The position numbers and the translations under genes are program-made. Positions 23,731-38,471 of a stretch of DNA of 64,000 nucleotides are shown one piece after another. Where the stretch lies: contig JBHGNT010000020.1 in assembly GCA_043228905.1 (NCBI GenBank), forward strand, positions 14,756,001-14,820,000. The letters run 5' to 3'. Below the pieces are notes generated by a model. It saw only the letters and a program-made list of their open reading frames with translations, was not told where the DNA came from and did no database searches. Source of the DNA: Azolla caroliniana (lineage: Eukaryota; Plantae; Polypodiophyta). The stretch's first letter is position 1, and each line of letters starts with the position of its first letter.

Positions 23731-26700
23731 ATGACTGTGTAACGGAAGGTGTATGCATGTGTGTGTGTTAGAGGGAGAGAAAGCACGAATTATACAAAGA
23801 AAATAGTAAAAATTGTATTAACAAGAAAATAAAACAACCAATAGTTACAAAGAGGAGGAGAAGGTGCTTATGTAGTCACCTTATCTCAGACTATGTTCTC
23901 TCACTACAACCACCACTTGGAAAAGAGGTGGAGACTTAACTACCTACTAAATATGTGTCAGAGGACTTAACTTCTACAACACTTAGTTTATGATACAAGA
24001 AAGTGGAATGTTCACACACTTGGGTATTCCAAAGGTGTGTTTCAACACTAAGGAAGTTGAGTTTGATTCTCAACATGCCCCTTCAAACGCAACTTTCGAT
24101 CGCCTAATAGTTGGTTCGGACTGGTCTTCAGGTGGCTTCAAGTTGGCTCCGACTTTGGCTATGGATAACCAGCTCTTAATTTTCCGTTCGATGGGGTTCT
24201 CGCCCATTTCTTACCCAGTCCTTCTTCTATACTCCCCCTCAACCTCAGATGGTTGGCGGTCGAGAGATCTAGGTTCATCGGCTCCCAAGGCCTTCGTGAA
24301 GATGTTGATTGTTTGTAGATTTGTACGAATGTGTTGCAGGTCACATCTCCAGCTAGGACACGTTCTCGAATGTAGTCATAGTGCGGGCCAGTTGGATACA
24401 ACACATGTTGTCGCAGTAAAGGAGAACCGGATCCTTGATGGGAATGCCCAAATCCTTCAAGATTCTCTTTAGCCACATAATGTCGCATGTGGCAATTGCT
24501 ACAACCCTGTATTTGGCCTCTGTGCTCAATAGTGTAACTGCCGGTTACTGCTTATTGCTCTACGATATGGCTCTGCTACTGAGGGAGAAGATGAATACTG
24601 ATGTTGATTGTCTGTTGTCTTTGTAGCCAGACTAGTCAAAATCGATGTACTCTTCGAAATCCATTTTCCCACTTACATAGTGTAACACTCATTTAGCACA
24701 GTCCAGGTGAACGTTTGATGGTGTTTGCATAAACTAGCTAAAGAGGTAGACACTGTGGTTGAGGTTGTGGCATGACGTAGTGACATCAAATAAGTAATTA
24801 GTGAGAATTGAACCTACAACCGGACATCTACAAGACATCATGCCTAACCATTTCGATATGAGCATGTACTTATAATAATTTAGTATTGTTATTCTAACAT
24901 ATAGTACATTCCAGAATATTCTAGTCTTTAGTATATTCTAGAAATATTCTATGGTGTAATCTAGATGGGTATATTCTAGAGATATTTGTCGGGTATATTC
25001 TAGAGATTTTTCTCAAGTATATTCTAGAGATATTCAATCTCAAAACTTGTATAAATACTTGTAACTTTCTTGGTCCCTTTCAAGGGATTCAACACCAGTC
25101 ATTGACACATCAATCTACTATTCTCATTCCATTCCATCTTGCCTCATTCTTCATCAGATTCTCTGTCTTGATGCTCTCTATAGCTTCCTAATTTCATAGT
25201 CTCATCACTCACAGCTTCTAGAGTTCCTAGCCTTATCACTTCTAGTTCCACGTTTGTCATCCATGCTCCATCGTAGTTTTGCGGTTGGTGTGCCCATGAT
25301 AGGTTGGGCCGAGTAATGGCGAGATAGAGAAGGCTTCCAACTAGCTATCGGTGGTAAGTCACCTCACACTCTTCTGTACCGAAATCAACATCTAACTTTA
25401 AATTTCGATCGAGAGGGGTAGTGATGCGCTTACACTCTGTCATCCCAACCTTGAAGAGAAGATTGAGGATATAGTATCGTTGGGAGATCATGATGCCGTC
25501 AGGAGTCCATATTACTTCTATACCCAGAAAGTAATGTAGCTTCTTCATGTCTCTCATTTCGATTCAGCTGGAGAGAAGCTTCTTAATATGATCGATATTT
25601 GCTATTTTCTCTCTCCCAATGACCAAGTCGTCCACATATATGATGATGAATTATACCTGTCCTCTAGAGTCGCTCAAGATGAACAGGGAATTGTCGGACT
25701 TAGAAATTTTGAAGCCAATTTGATGAGGATATTGGGTTATATTTGAACGCCATGCTTTAGGTGCGTGCTAAGACCATAGAGATGTTTTTTGACTCGACAG
25801 ACAATAGTCGAATGCGTACTCAACTTGAATCCAGGCGATTGTACCATGTACACATCTTCATCTAATTCGCCTTGGAGAAAGGTGTTCGTGACATCCATTT
25901 GATGGAGATGCTACCCTTTTACTGTTCCAAGTGTGATCACGGTTTGGATGGTAGACATCTTTGCCACTGGGGCAAAGGTCTCTTTGTAATTGACCCCATG
26001 TGTCTGTGCATACCCTTTTGCCACAAGTTAGGCCTATATCGATTGATGGTGCCATCGGCATTGTGCTTCACCTTGTATATCCACCGACATCTAATTGCCT
26101 TTTGATGGGGTGAAGATGGGACGAGTTCCCATCTCTCGTTTTGGGAGAGATCCTGCATCTCCTCGCTCATCGCTTTGACCCGTCGCGGGTCCATAGCAGC
26201 TTCGGAAATATTTTCTGGTTCCCGAACTATCACCACCTTTATCATGAATGCATAATGATATGGCATGTAGTCGCCATTATTAGCCAAATCAGCTGACCAC
26301 GTTCTTCTCTCTTGTGGACCAACAGAGTTGTTCACTTGTCTTCGTGGACACTTTGTGGTATCCTAATGTCCTCATGATAGGAAAATCCAATTCACCATAC
26401 TCACTCTTGAGTGAGTGAGCTGATTCATATCCATCTAAGTCTTCGTAGTCAGGCATTTTGGCCTTTCATTTCTCCAATTTCAGACTTGGTTGTGACATGC
26501 TGTGGTCACTCGGTGGCACTTATGGTCAACTCAATCTGGTTGATATTGGAATCTCCGATGGTGTGAGCCTTAGTTGATCATCCTCCTCCAAGTCTTTTTC
26601 GAAATCAGTTTCGATTGGATTGGATGGAGTTGGGTCGACTGTGTACTAGGATGCCGATTCATTGAATACGACATCCCTACTCACTCATACCACCCTATTG

Positions 26701-28520
26701 AGGGGATGAAGCACTTATACCCCTTTTGTTTGAGTGAGTTCCCCATGAGGATATACTTCTCTGTTTTTGGATCGAGCTTTTGCCGCTTTTTATCAAGAAT
26801 ATGTACGAATGCGATAGAGTTGAATATCCTTACGTGGGATAGATTTGGCTTCTTTCCATAGAACTTCTCATGGGGGGTTACATCGTGCACTCCAGATGAT
26901 GTGCACCGATTCATTAGATAGAACTCTGTGTTTCCCGCTTCAGCCCAGTAGGATTTTGGCAAGTTTTTCTTATTCATGATTGCCCTTGCCACCTCCAATA
27001 TGTGCCAATTTTTCCTTTCGGCTACTCTGTTTTGCTGAAGTGTGTCTCGACAAGTAAACTCTTGTCGAATTCCTTATTTTGAAAGGTATGTTGTGAAGGC
27101 ATCAGAGAAATACTCTTTCCCTTCGTCCGATCAAAGGTACCGTACATATCGACCGGTTGTCTTTTTTACTTCAAGTTTAAATTTCAGAAAGTGTGAGAAC
27201 ACTTCACTCTTTTGCCGCATAGGGAATATCCAGGTGTGCCTAGAGAAGCCATCGATGGACATCGCATAATATCAGCAACCACCAAATGTTGCCATTTGGG
27301 CTGGTCCCCATACATCTAAATGTATTACATCCACAATCCCTTTGCTCATGTTCCTCTCTTTTCGGAACGGTGGTCGATGTTGTTTGCTAAGTTGGTAGGC
27401 TTCGCATATACCTATAATCACCTTTTCGATAAAAGTCAGGAGTCCAATGAGGAGTCCTTTCGATTGCATTCCTATGAGCTTCTAGAGATTGTTGTGGCTG
27501 ATCCTTTTGTGACTCAAATCTATGTCAGTGTTGGATCTATGAACCTTTGCAAACATTGTCGATTTCATCTTGTGAAGATTGAGAATGACATCCAACCTTC
27601 TCTTTGACCATAGTCAGCCTTCCCTTTCAATGAAGCACCCTCCATAGTTGAAGTGAACTTGCATGCCCTGTTCCACAATCTGGCCGATAGAGACAAGATT
27701 CTTCGTTATTGTCGGAACATACACGATGTTCTTGATGTAGGTTTGGTTGCCCTCTTCGCTGAATGCGACATTACTGACATGCTGAATGGGGTGAATTGTG
27801 TCATCCCTAGTTTCCACAAAGTTGGGTCCATAGAGCTTTCGTTGTTCTCGCAACCAATCTTCATGAGACATCATGTGATTGGATGCACCCAAGTCGACAA
27901 ACCATACATTTTTTGTGTTGACAGTGCTTTGCTATCATCGAGTTCGGTCTACGGTCCATTATGAACATTCCACCATGATCATCGTAGTTGGTGAGTTGTC
28001 AACTTGTGAAGGTCGATTCACTTTTCTTCTTCCAACACTCAGCCTTCTAGTTGCCGAATTTGCCACAGTATCCACACTAGATGGAGTTGTTTTATTAGGT
28101 TGGTCCGACATGATTGCTCCCCGTTCTGCTAGATGTTCCACTTCACGTGGTTGCAACATCTTGTCAATAGTAGAAATTTTGCTCGTAGGGTTGTTCCTAG
28201 TTGTGTTAGCGTTTGCCATGTCATTCTCTTCTACCATGACTTTGTCCCCTTCCTCCATCTACGTTCGAATAGGGCATGTGCCCTTCTTGCACATTGCTCC
28301 TCATTCGAACGTGATTCTCTTAGACTAGCAGCATAGACTGAAGATCGAAGGAGGGAGGATTCTCCCTCGCAAGGACGACTGACCTTATTGTGCCGAACCG
28401 GGGTGCTAGACCACGGAGGCTTATCTACACCATTTCATCGTCGTCGATGTTGACATTGATCGACTCGAGGGAGTCGCATAGCTCCTTGATCTTCAAGGTG
28501 TAGATGTCCAGGGAGTTGCA
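23730..28520 (-). mobile_element. Copia family A, copy 2 (duplicate of 2780-7812), with extra gag deletion and a nested solo LTR
   Basis: ORFs 27614-27892 (protease GASNHM), 26681-26998 (integrase), 25937-26335 and 25345-25557 (RT); 3' LTR ends ctcaaca at 24074. Confidence 0.9.
24768..25301 (+). mobile_element. Solo LTR (534 bp) with 5-bp TSD GGTTG
   Basis: Absent at the equivalent site in copy 1 (~3810); ends tggcatg...catgata; GGTTG at 24763-24767 and 25302-25306; internal tatattctaga tandem units; TATA tgtataaata. Confidence 0.85.
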
Positions 28521-29059
28521 CAGCTCCATGGGATCTACATGAATGTGTTGTCCCTATGTTGTCCCAACTAGGAGAGAATCACAATCTGAATTGGGACTCA
28601 CCAAGGGGCCCAATCCTAGTCCAAAAGATGGTGCCACCTTGGGTTGGGATAGGCGAGTCCCAAGGGGAACCACCCAACAACTAGTCGCAACAACCAGCCA
28701 CCCCAAAGGCTAGTCCTAATCGTCATATTTGGCCTATATAAGGAGGATTCGTCCTCATTTGCAACCATTCCCATAGTTTGAGATTCACTCTCTCCTAATC
28801 TCACATTCTCCTCTTGGATTTAAGGTGCCTATACCATTTTTCTTTCACTCTATCCTTTCGTGGTTTTGGGAGTTGTCCCGACATTATTCCAACTTGTCCC
28901 AACTCTAAATCGAAGATTTGGTTTGTCCCAATTATGGAGAGTTGGAATCTTTTGTATTCATAATGATATATAACTATGATTTGTGTCCTAATGGGTGTCC
29001 AAGACTCCCAACCATTTGTTTTTGTGGATTTGAGACCTAGATAATCTAGGGGCATAACA
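28521..29059 (+). mobile_element. LTR of gypsy family X, duplicate of 7813-8349
   Basis: Ends ggggcataaca at the same intron position as in copy 1. Confidence 0.8.
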
Positions 29060-29154
29060 CCATCCCTCTAACAACATTGCATGCAAGAATCATCAATCTT
29101 GTAGTTCTAGTAAAACATAATAAATACAACTATAAATAAAAGGAGATCAAATAC

Positions 29155-32100
29155 CTCGTTGAGAAATTCTTGTGATCCTTGTTGTGAGGGGTGTGAAATA
29201 ATTTTAATTGCTACATCTAAACCATTTAGAAGGTTTCCCTTATACACTAATCCAGAACCACCTTGACCAAGTATTGCTGAGAAATTATCTGTCGCAATTG
29301 ACATCTCTTGATATGTGAATTGTTGGGCAATATTAGTAGCATCAATTATATCTTCTTTCTTAATTAGTACTTTCTCATCAACATTAACTACACATAGAAT
29401 AAAACATTGTTAACTTCCGTTCTACAGTTGAAATTTAAAATTTAACTCCATGAAAAACATATTAATTCTAGATGTGAATGATAAATCATTGCCAATTGGT
29501 ATCAAAAAGACCTAAAGGCAAAAGAAAACCTCCCAATTATTGAGGATATTATAACATACCATGAGGATCATCGCACTTATATGTTGCATTTTGTAGTAGT
29601 TGATTTTCAGTTGTGACATTTTCTCGATTCTTTCTCCATTTAACAATGCATAGAATTGCAGCTATAATGATAAGAACAAATAGTACAACCCCAATACTTG
29701 CTCCAATGATCAAACCAATCTTGGGCTTTGTTGAGGGTTCGCAATTACCATTGTTTGAATTACATAAAAGGTTATTTCCTTCATATCTATAAATCCATCA
29801 TTTCAAAATACATGTTAATGCATTATGTGTATTATAACGACTCAAATTTTAAATTTAATAAAGCATACATATTGACATATGTATATTATTTAATTTTGTC
29901 TCTATATAGATCTATTTATATTATATAATTTTCTAATTTCTTTTTGCAATATATGCACATTTTATGTATAATACACCAATTTAGTTGAGAATACTAAGGT
30001 TACCAACAACTTGGGCATTATGCAACACTATCTCCTAATACTATGAATTTCCATGTTAAATACTATGAATGACTTCGTTCAATTGATAATCATGACCATT
30101 TTCTTCTTTCCTCTACTGATTAACCACACAGACAAACATTTCAGCGAATTAAGTTGATAAGGTATCATAGAGGTTTTCATCCTACCCAAAACATATGATG
30201 GTGTAGTCATAGCAATGACCACTTAAATGAAAATTTCCCCTCTTTCCATTGAATTTCTCCACATTGCTCCAACAAGAAGAGATTTGGCCATGATTTTGTC
30301 AAAAGACAAACATAGAAAAGGATGGTGAATATTGTGAACCTTTAGGTGACCATGTTATAGAGAAGTTTGAATAGGGAAAGATGTAGCATACAAGTACTTA
30401 AGAGTGTTTTTTTTTGTAGGGCTTATGTAACTTAAATTCCAAAGGATGATAGATTCAAGCTTGATGACAAGTGTGAACCATTTATCTTCTTGAGATATGG
30501 TGATGAAGAGTTTATATATAGATTAGGTGATGATGAGGCTAAAATGGTTATGAAAAGTAGTGATGTTGTATTCCTTGAGGGTCAAGCCTTAGTAATGAGT
30601 TGATTGAGATACCAAATTTGATTCTTGATTTTTCATTCACCATAGATTTAGCCCTTTGAATAGTAATTTAGGGTGATAGAAGAGATGTGCATAATGAGTA
30701 TGATAACTTACTTGATGAAAATAAGTGAATAGCTCATAATCAGATTCCGCCTCCATAGGATCAGGATATTACTCTAGTTCACGCCCAAGACGAAGAGTTC
30801 AAAAGAACTATCAAAGGAAAACTTCTAGATATAGTCTACACTAATATGTTATACTGATGGATGGGGAAGACCCAGAGAGCTTCATCAAAGCTATTACAAA
30901 TGATATGAGCGAGAAATAGTTTGAGGGCATGCTCGATGAGATGAAATATCTGAAATATAGTCACACCTACAATATGGTAAAACAATGCTAATACAATCTA
31001 AAACAAGTTGTGAACAATTGGTACAAGAAATGTTTGACTATTTCATGTTAGCTCAAAATAAGAATGTATTCTTCAAGAAGTTCTTTGATGGTGATCTCAT
31101 AACCAACTCTTGTATGTAGTTCATATATTAATTGTTGGTCATGATATCAACAACATCAAGAATTTGAAGACAAAGTTTTGTAAGTCTTTTTTCAGAAGGA
31201 CTTGGGACTGAACACTAGAGCAAACCAGAAACTTTGGCAATCTCAAGAGAAATATAGTAAGAAAGTTCTTCAGATATTCAACATGGGTAAGTTTAAGGCG
31301 GTCAACACATAACTCCTAGGCCACTTTTAACTCAGTTCTGAATATTGCCTTACCAGAGAGAAAAAACAAAAAAGATTTAACCAGTAAATTAAATTTTTGC
31401 CTACAATAAAGAAAGGAAATTGCAAACCTATAAATTCTATTTGAAATATTGACGATACATTTCAAGAGTTTCCTTTGAATTTGGTGATAAGAAAACTTTG
31501 TTATATAGGTACACTGATGCTGACATGACTAGTGACAATGACCCTTGAAAATCCATGTATGTGTACATTAATGATCTTCATTAGGGGAGAATTGTCTGTT
31601 CACAATCGAGACCTTAAAAATAATTAATATTATCCATAATAGAGGTAGAGTGCATTGCTTGTAAAGAGAGGTTGTGGTTATAGAAAAAGGATGTTCACTA
31701 TATATAAGGTAAAGGGATTCTAAATTGAATCAAGAGAAAGTGTTACGACTAGTGAAGTTTTTTACGAGGTGTTTGTTCTTTGAACAACTCCATGCCATTG
31801 AGCTACCTAGATGTCTATAGCAATTTCATTAAAGTAACACCACAAAAGTTAACAATAAAGATTGAGAGTTGTATATTTGGATGGTCTATTAAAGGTCCAT
31901 AATAAGATATTGATTCTGTAATGGGCTTGGAGAAACTCTTACATGTAGTGAGCTTGGCAATCACATAAATAAGATCTTCAATTGTCATTCTTAGGAAGAA
32001 GTAATAGCCACTCTTAGACTCTAGCTCATTATTGATATGCTTCGATTAAAGATCCTCTTCTACGGTCATCAACCTTGGTAAAAAGCTCAAAAATATGAAT

Positions 32101-34375
32101 GAATTGGTCATGTAATGTGTGCCCAACATTTTACCAATATCTAAAGGTGACTTGAAGGACATAATAAGATTTAACCAACTAGCTAATTGGATTGGACCCA
32201 TTATGGATTGAATGAGATAAAATGTTTAAAATAGATAGAGTAGTTTACCTAACATCCACTAAGACATTGTCATTGTTAATTAATTTACATAGGAGCAAGT
32301 ACTTATACAATAGAAACTTCTTAATTTCAACGTACATCTACTTAAGAAGCTCCCATATTTCTACTCATTCACCATAGGGATTTTTTCTTTGATTTTAATA
32401 TACATTATATCTTTAAACATGTTTTTAGGGTTTATTAACAAGTCTCCAAGGTAGTACTTCTTTCCTTTATTTTTATTTTTTCTTGAATTGTTTCGATCAA
32501 GGCTTCTTAGCATCATGGATTAATTAGTATGTGTTCTATGTATTTCAATTACATAGAAACCAAACTATGGAAGCTAATGGTTATTAACTATATATTTATC
32601 CACACATTATTGTATCAAATCGTAGATATTTATATGGATTAGCATACCTGAAAACTAGACCTTTCTTTTGTAGGAGTGCTTGGGGTATCGTCCCAATAAA
32701 GTTGTTTGCTAAGTTGCTAGAATATCACGTAAAAATATCAAATTTCTGTTCAAAATGTTTCTACCAAATCATTTGTGAGATGCTTACAGGTAAGTTAGCT
32801 TCGGCAAATTTGAAAGGGAATCAGGAATTGTTCCGGTCAATTTGTTATTGCTTAAATCCCCACAATACATTAAAGTGTGATGACATGAACGTAAATTAGT
32901 GAAAATCTAATTCATCTGTAGCTACGCAAAATCACTTAAATAGTCTATTTATTTTGGTAAAAATGAAAGAGAATTGGAGATACACGGTGTAATTGTTTAA
33001 CTTGAAGGACTCAAGACGATCTAATTAATATGTCATCGATATGTTTAGTAAACGCATAAGAGTTTATAAAAGAAAGTATTAACATTAGTTAACCATGTCT
33101 GCTGGAGTATGATAGTGATCATGAATATTATTTCATATATGGAATTCTGAGTGATAAGGTGGAGTTAATGACCTTGTTATTTTGGAAAGCAAAATTGTTG
33201 TTTCCCATATCCAATCATACACATCGATACATTCATACATATTGTTATTTAGAGCCAAGATCTTCTTACAGCGTCACAAGTTGATCTAGGTTACCTATGT
33301 TGCTTGGAATATTCCCCACTAGACTATAGCTAGATAGCAATCTACGTGAATACAAAACAAATTAACCCAAAATTAAAGTCAACACCTATGTCATTATTGC
33401 ACAATTTAGAGATCTGCTGATTTGAGTACACACAGAGATGTTACTCTAGCTGGATGAAGGCTGTCAGAAGAGTTACAATCGATCCAGGGATGCTTATATG
33501 TTTGTGGTAAACATGGGTCGCCAATGAAGTCTCGTAAGGTGGGCAATGTACTCGCCATGACGTCTTGTATAGCGAATACTATCAGAGCAATGTCAGGGAA
33601 CAAAACTACACAAAATTAAGGAGCTATGGTTGAGTAAACATATTTACACAGTGAGACTTACGGTCGGTGGTAGAGGTGGGGTTGGTGGCATTACCGGGGT
33701 TGTCGAAGAGTTGGAAGACTTCCTCTGCGGCAACGGAAGGAGAGTATGTGGAGTAGGATTTAGCATCAGCCGCAACAACGACATTGTCTACATAGGGCCC
33801 CAAGGCCTTATTTGTTGGACTGTAGATCTCATCAGATGTGTAGTGGCCGACCTGATTGTAGATGTCGACAACATCTGCTAAGAAATCCTGATTGATGGTG
33901 AGATCGAACACTCACATTCCGGCAGTGACATTTGGATAGAGCTCAACAAACCCTAGCACCACGAAATAGTAGTGGTTGCCCAGGAGTGTGCTAGTGGTCA
34001 ATATAGTTGATACTTTGCTTGGGTCGAAAGTGAACTGTGTAGTGTTAGAGACATAGTTGGTTTGCATCACATTCTCTGGATGAAGATCATAAGACTTCTG
34101 GCCCACACGTATTGTTTGGCTGGTCGCTTCTATATTTGACACGTCATTGTCAAGTCTCCACCAGAACTTGTCAATGGCGTCATTCGGATACCTGATGCTC
34201 ATGAAACAATAGGTGGTCTTGAGGGATTAATTCATCTTCCCAGCTATGGATTGTGTATAATACCGGATAATTACTGACCTTAGGATAAGCGGATCAAACT
34301 ATAACGCTCCGGAGTCCTCTCGCAGGATGATCCACAACGCATAGTTTGTATTCATGATCGTTTCCACCGGTTTCA
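29155..34375 (-). pseudogene. Malectin-like LRR-RLK copy 2 (pseudogene)
   Basis: Exons homologous to copy 1 (kinase 29155-29387, TM 29560-29786, LRR exons, malectin exon). CGA>TGA nonsense at 33912-33914. Exon 1, most of exon 2 and the promoter are deleted (34375 joins sequence equal to 22561). No downstream kinase exons. Confidence 0.9.
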
Positions 34376-34525
34376 TAGCTTGATGCAAAATTGATTATCA
34401 TAAAACAAAGGAATAGTAAGTAGTTTAAATTCTTTGAGCATTTATTTAATCCATATGCCTTATTTAATTGCTAAAGCTGGGACAACATATTCAACTTCGG
34501 TGGATGATACTCCTATGGTAGTTTG
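34376..34525 (-). mobile_element. Copia family D RNase H fragment, left half of the host element split by family B
   Basis: QTTIGVSSTEVEYV continues WKSKEQ from 42699-42720 across the GTTTG TSD. Confidence 0.75.
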
Positions 34526-35144
34526 TGTTATAACTGATTTCACGTTTGTATTCGTGAGTAGAAAACTATGAAGTAGGTCCCAAATAGAAAAATGTAAAGA
34601 CAGAGAGACACCGATCTTTTACGAGGAAAACCCGAAATGGGAAAACCCACGGGGGTCCACAAACATATCACTATAGTAAAGGGGAAGTACAAGTACAGAA
34701 CTCAAAGGCAATGACCTTGAGTTCTGCTTCGTCTGACAGACGACTACAAAGTAACACTCTCACTCTCTCAGTCACAGTTATAGAGGCATCTACCTCATTC
34801 TAACTTTTCAAGTATAGCCCACAAAGGCATCAACTACATCTTACTAAAGTTTGCCCTAGTTGCTTATAAACAAAAGCAACTTTCTGGCTATTTACAAGTA
34901 TAGCCCACAAAGGGCATTTTAGACTATTTACAATTATAGTCTTCCAAAACGATTTCAGTTTTGGTTTCGGCTAAGGCCGAGATACTCACCAACACGGTAC
35001 TTCTCTTCCCATCCGAAGGGACATGTTTCCCAACAAACTCCCCCTTCACTCCGGCATGGGGTACTTCACCAAACCGACTCTCTATTGGCACACGTTCAGG
35101 ATTTCGGCTGACTGCACCTTCGTCAGCATATCCGATCCGTTTTC

Positions 35145-35959
35145 TGTTATTCGCTGGCCGGACAAGGCCTAACACAAGGTGTCACGGAGACACTTCACCA
35201 AAGGGTGATTACGGCATAGGATTAAGATTCAACGATTACACCGACTTACGTAAGTTACACGATTAGAATGCTTGGTTAATTACACGCGTAAGATATAACA
35301 GTAATTACAGAACGGAAATCAACACAGAAGTATAAACACCATATGCTCTATTAATTATCCGCTCCGATTACAATGGGGTCCGGGCCTTTAAATAGGTTTC
35401 CGGCCCGTAGTACAAAACGGTGCCTCTCGCACCTATTCGGGATCCGTCCGGATCTGGAACGGCATACCGTTTCCAGTCCGTCCGTCCACACTATGCTTAT
35501 TTACAACCATACTTAATTAATTCCTTCACTCCGTATTTTGGACTCCTTGCCGGCCGGTAACACATGGCACGCCCGTGGGACAGTACCTTGTACGTCGAAC
35601 CCTTCTCGGCCCCTTCATTGTTCACCCAAATTGTCCAAAATACTTTGTTCCAGATTTTCCAATTGTTCTTCCGGTTGTGGTTGTTGCGGCTGTGCTTGCT
35701 GCTGCTGCTGTGGTTGCGGTTGGGACTGCGGCTGCTCCGGCTGCTCTATAGGCGGCTGCTCCGTTTGTTTCTCTGACTCCGGCATCTCCGTTTGACTGCT
35801 TCCGGTCCGGTCTCCTTCCAGTAACGGTTCCTCATCACTGAGGTTGACCGTAACCGGTTCTCGTGCTTTCTCTTCCCTGATCCGGGACCTCTCGTAGCTT
35901 TCACCATACTTAATTAATTCCTTCACTCTGTATTTTGGACTCCTTGCCGGCCGGAAACA
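35145..35959. mobile_element. 815-bp internally deleted LTR element with TSD TTTTC
   Basis: TG...CA ends; full LTR 35145-35562; its last 56 bp repeated at 35904-35959; tggcacgcccgtgggac at 35565; Q/E/P-rich ORF on minus strand. Confidence 0.85.
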
Positions 35960-38100
35960 TTTTCAGCCGTGTGGATCTTCACTAGAGCGAACTTCCTTTC
36001 TACTACCCTCTCTTGCAGTCAATGGTACCTCTGTTGGATGTGCTTTGTCCTTAAGTCGTAGGCGGCATTTATCGCAAGGTGAATGGCACTTTGTTGTCGT
36101 AGTAGAGTTGGAATTATTCCTGTCGAATTCCTAGCTCACCGATAAACTCCTTCATCAATATGATTTCTGTGGCCATATATTCGGCTTCCGTGGTTGACAA
36201 CGCCATGGCCTTCTACAACCTTGATTGCTACGAGATAGCTCCCCTTGCATAAGTCATTATGTCTAGAATCCGTGTAACCTTCCAATGTGGGGTTACCCGA
36301 GCTGAAACAAAGACACACGTTAGAGGTGCCTTTTAGGTACCGTAATATCCACCCAATGCTCTCTTCCGGGGTTGCTCATATATTGGCTAACCACGCCGAC
36401 TGTGTATCCTATGTTCGTCCTGGTACATATCATCGCATACATCAGGCTTCCAACCGTCGAACCATAAGAGACTTTTGACATCTCGACCTTTTCAGTTTTT
36501 GATTTCGGACATTATTCTTTGCTTAGCTTATAGTTTGTCGGCAGTGTCATGCCGACCGGTTTCGCACTTTGCATGCCGAAACTCTAGAGCACCTTTGTCA
36601 CATATTTTTCTTGTGATAACCACAAAAATTTCTTTGTTCGATCCCGAACAATGTGCATCCCCAGGATTTGCTTTGCCGGACCCAGATTCTTCATTGAGAA
36701 CGATTTGCTCAAGGTCTTCTTCAACGCTCAGATCTTCGTATGGTCCCGTCCGACAATCATCATGTCATCCACGTACAATAGGAGGATGAGGAAATCTCCT
36801 CCATTGAACTTCTTCAAATATATACAATGATCGGCTTGCGTTTTGTGGTACCCGTTATCTATTATGAAGGATTCGAATTTTCGGTACCATTGTCAAGGAG
36901 CTTGCTTCAACCCGTCCAAGCTCTTCCTAAATTGGCATACCAGGTTCTCCTTACCTTTCTTTGTGGATCCTTCTGGCTGCTGCATATATATCTCCTCTTC
37001 GAGATCTCCGTGTAGAAATGCCATCTGGACATCCAATTGCTCGACTTCGAGATACATGCTGGCCGCAATGCTCAACACGGTTCGGATTGACGCCATTTTT
37101 ACGATCAGGGAATATATTTTGTCGAAATCGACACCATTCTTCCACTGAAAGTCTTACATGACGATTCGTGCTTTGTACCCATTTATTCCGAAGTGCCTTC
37201 TTTCCTCTTGGCAGTTCGGTCAGTTCATATGTATGGTTCTCATGCAAGGAATCCATCTACTCTTACATGGCACTCAACCACTTTTAGCTGTGGGTATCTT
37301 CCTTAGCTTCTTCAAAGCCTTCTGGCTCCCCCTCATTGGTTAGTAGTACACGCTCTTCATTCTGAAATCTTCAAGGGGGCATTCTCTCTCTCAAGGGGTA
37401 TCTTCGGCCTCTGTTCGACACGGTCTGTTCTTCTTCGACTTCTTCAGTTGAGTCAAATATGGCTCCTTGTTCGGCTGGTTCCCTTCATTCTTCGGTCGGT
37501 TCTCGATTTTGCCGAATATTAAATTGGTCGACTGACTTAGATTCGATTTTAATCGAATCGACTCCTACTCGATTCAGTTGAGCATCAACTCGGTAGTTGG
37601 AGACTTGTTCTCAATCTCCCAATCAACTATTGTCTTTTCCTCCATGAAGACAATGTTACACCTCCTAATTACCTTCTTCTTGGTTAAGGTCCATAGCTAA
37701 TAGCTGAATTCATCATTGCCGTAGACGAGAAATATACTTGACCAAGATTTTGGGTGTAGTTTTCCCCTTTGGTGTTTCGCCACATGCAGATAGGCAAGAC
37801 AGCCGAACACCCTCATATGTTGATACAAAATGTCTTTGCTGCTCCACATCCTTTGTGGGATATCACCGTCCAAGGGTACTAAGGGTGATCGGTTTATCAC
37901 GTGTGTTGCTGTCATCAGCGCCTAAGCCCATAACGTCTTCAGTAACTAAGCATATGCAAGCATACTTCAGACCCTTTCCATTATGGTCCGGTTCATTCTC
38001 TCAGCCAGCCCATTAAGCTCTGGCGTCTTCGGCATGGTATACTCGAGCCAGATTCCTGGATTTTGGCAATATTCCTCAGACGGTCCACGGTACTCACCAT

Positions 38101-38432
38101 TGTTGAGGGGCAAGCTCAACTGGATCCGGAACGGTTGATTAAGCCTGAGCCGGTAAGGAAGTGAGTCGGTGAGCTGGGGGGCCAGTTAGCCGGATCCCGC
38201 AGTAACCAAAAGCCTAGTAGCAGCCTAGACTACTAAGTAGTTAATGTCTCATAGTTAGTGTTAGACGCTCGTGTGAGCATTGAAGTACACCGTACTTCTG
38301 TCAGTCCTCTTAGGACTTGTATAAATAGTGTTGTTGAGCACGTTGTATGTACAGAGAATTTTACAGAGTTGTTGATAATAGATTTAAGTTGTTTTGCTCT
38401 TTCTCTGTCTCTCATGCGTACCTTCTATGTGT

Positions 38433-38471
<39 letters not shown>

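Noticed and set aside
35615-35926. Q-rich host protein, or Cys-rich metallothionein-like ORF (35538-35795) on the opposite strand
   Set aside because: Both lie inside a TSD-flanked LTR element; the Cys run is just the antisense reading of CAG/CAA repeats
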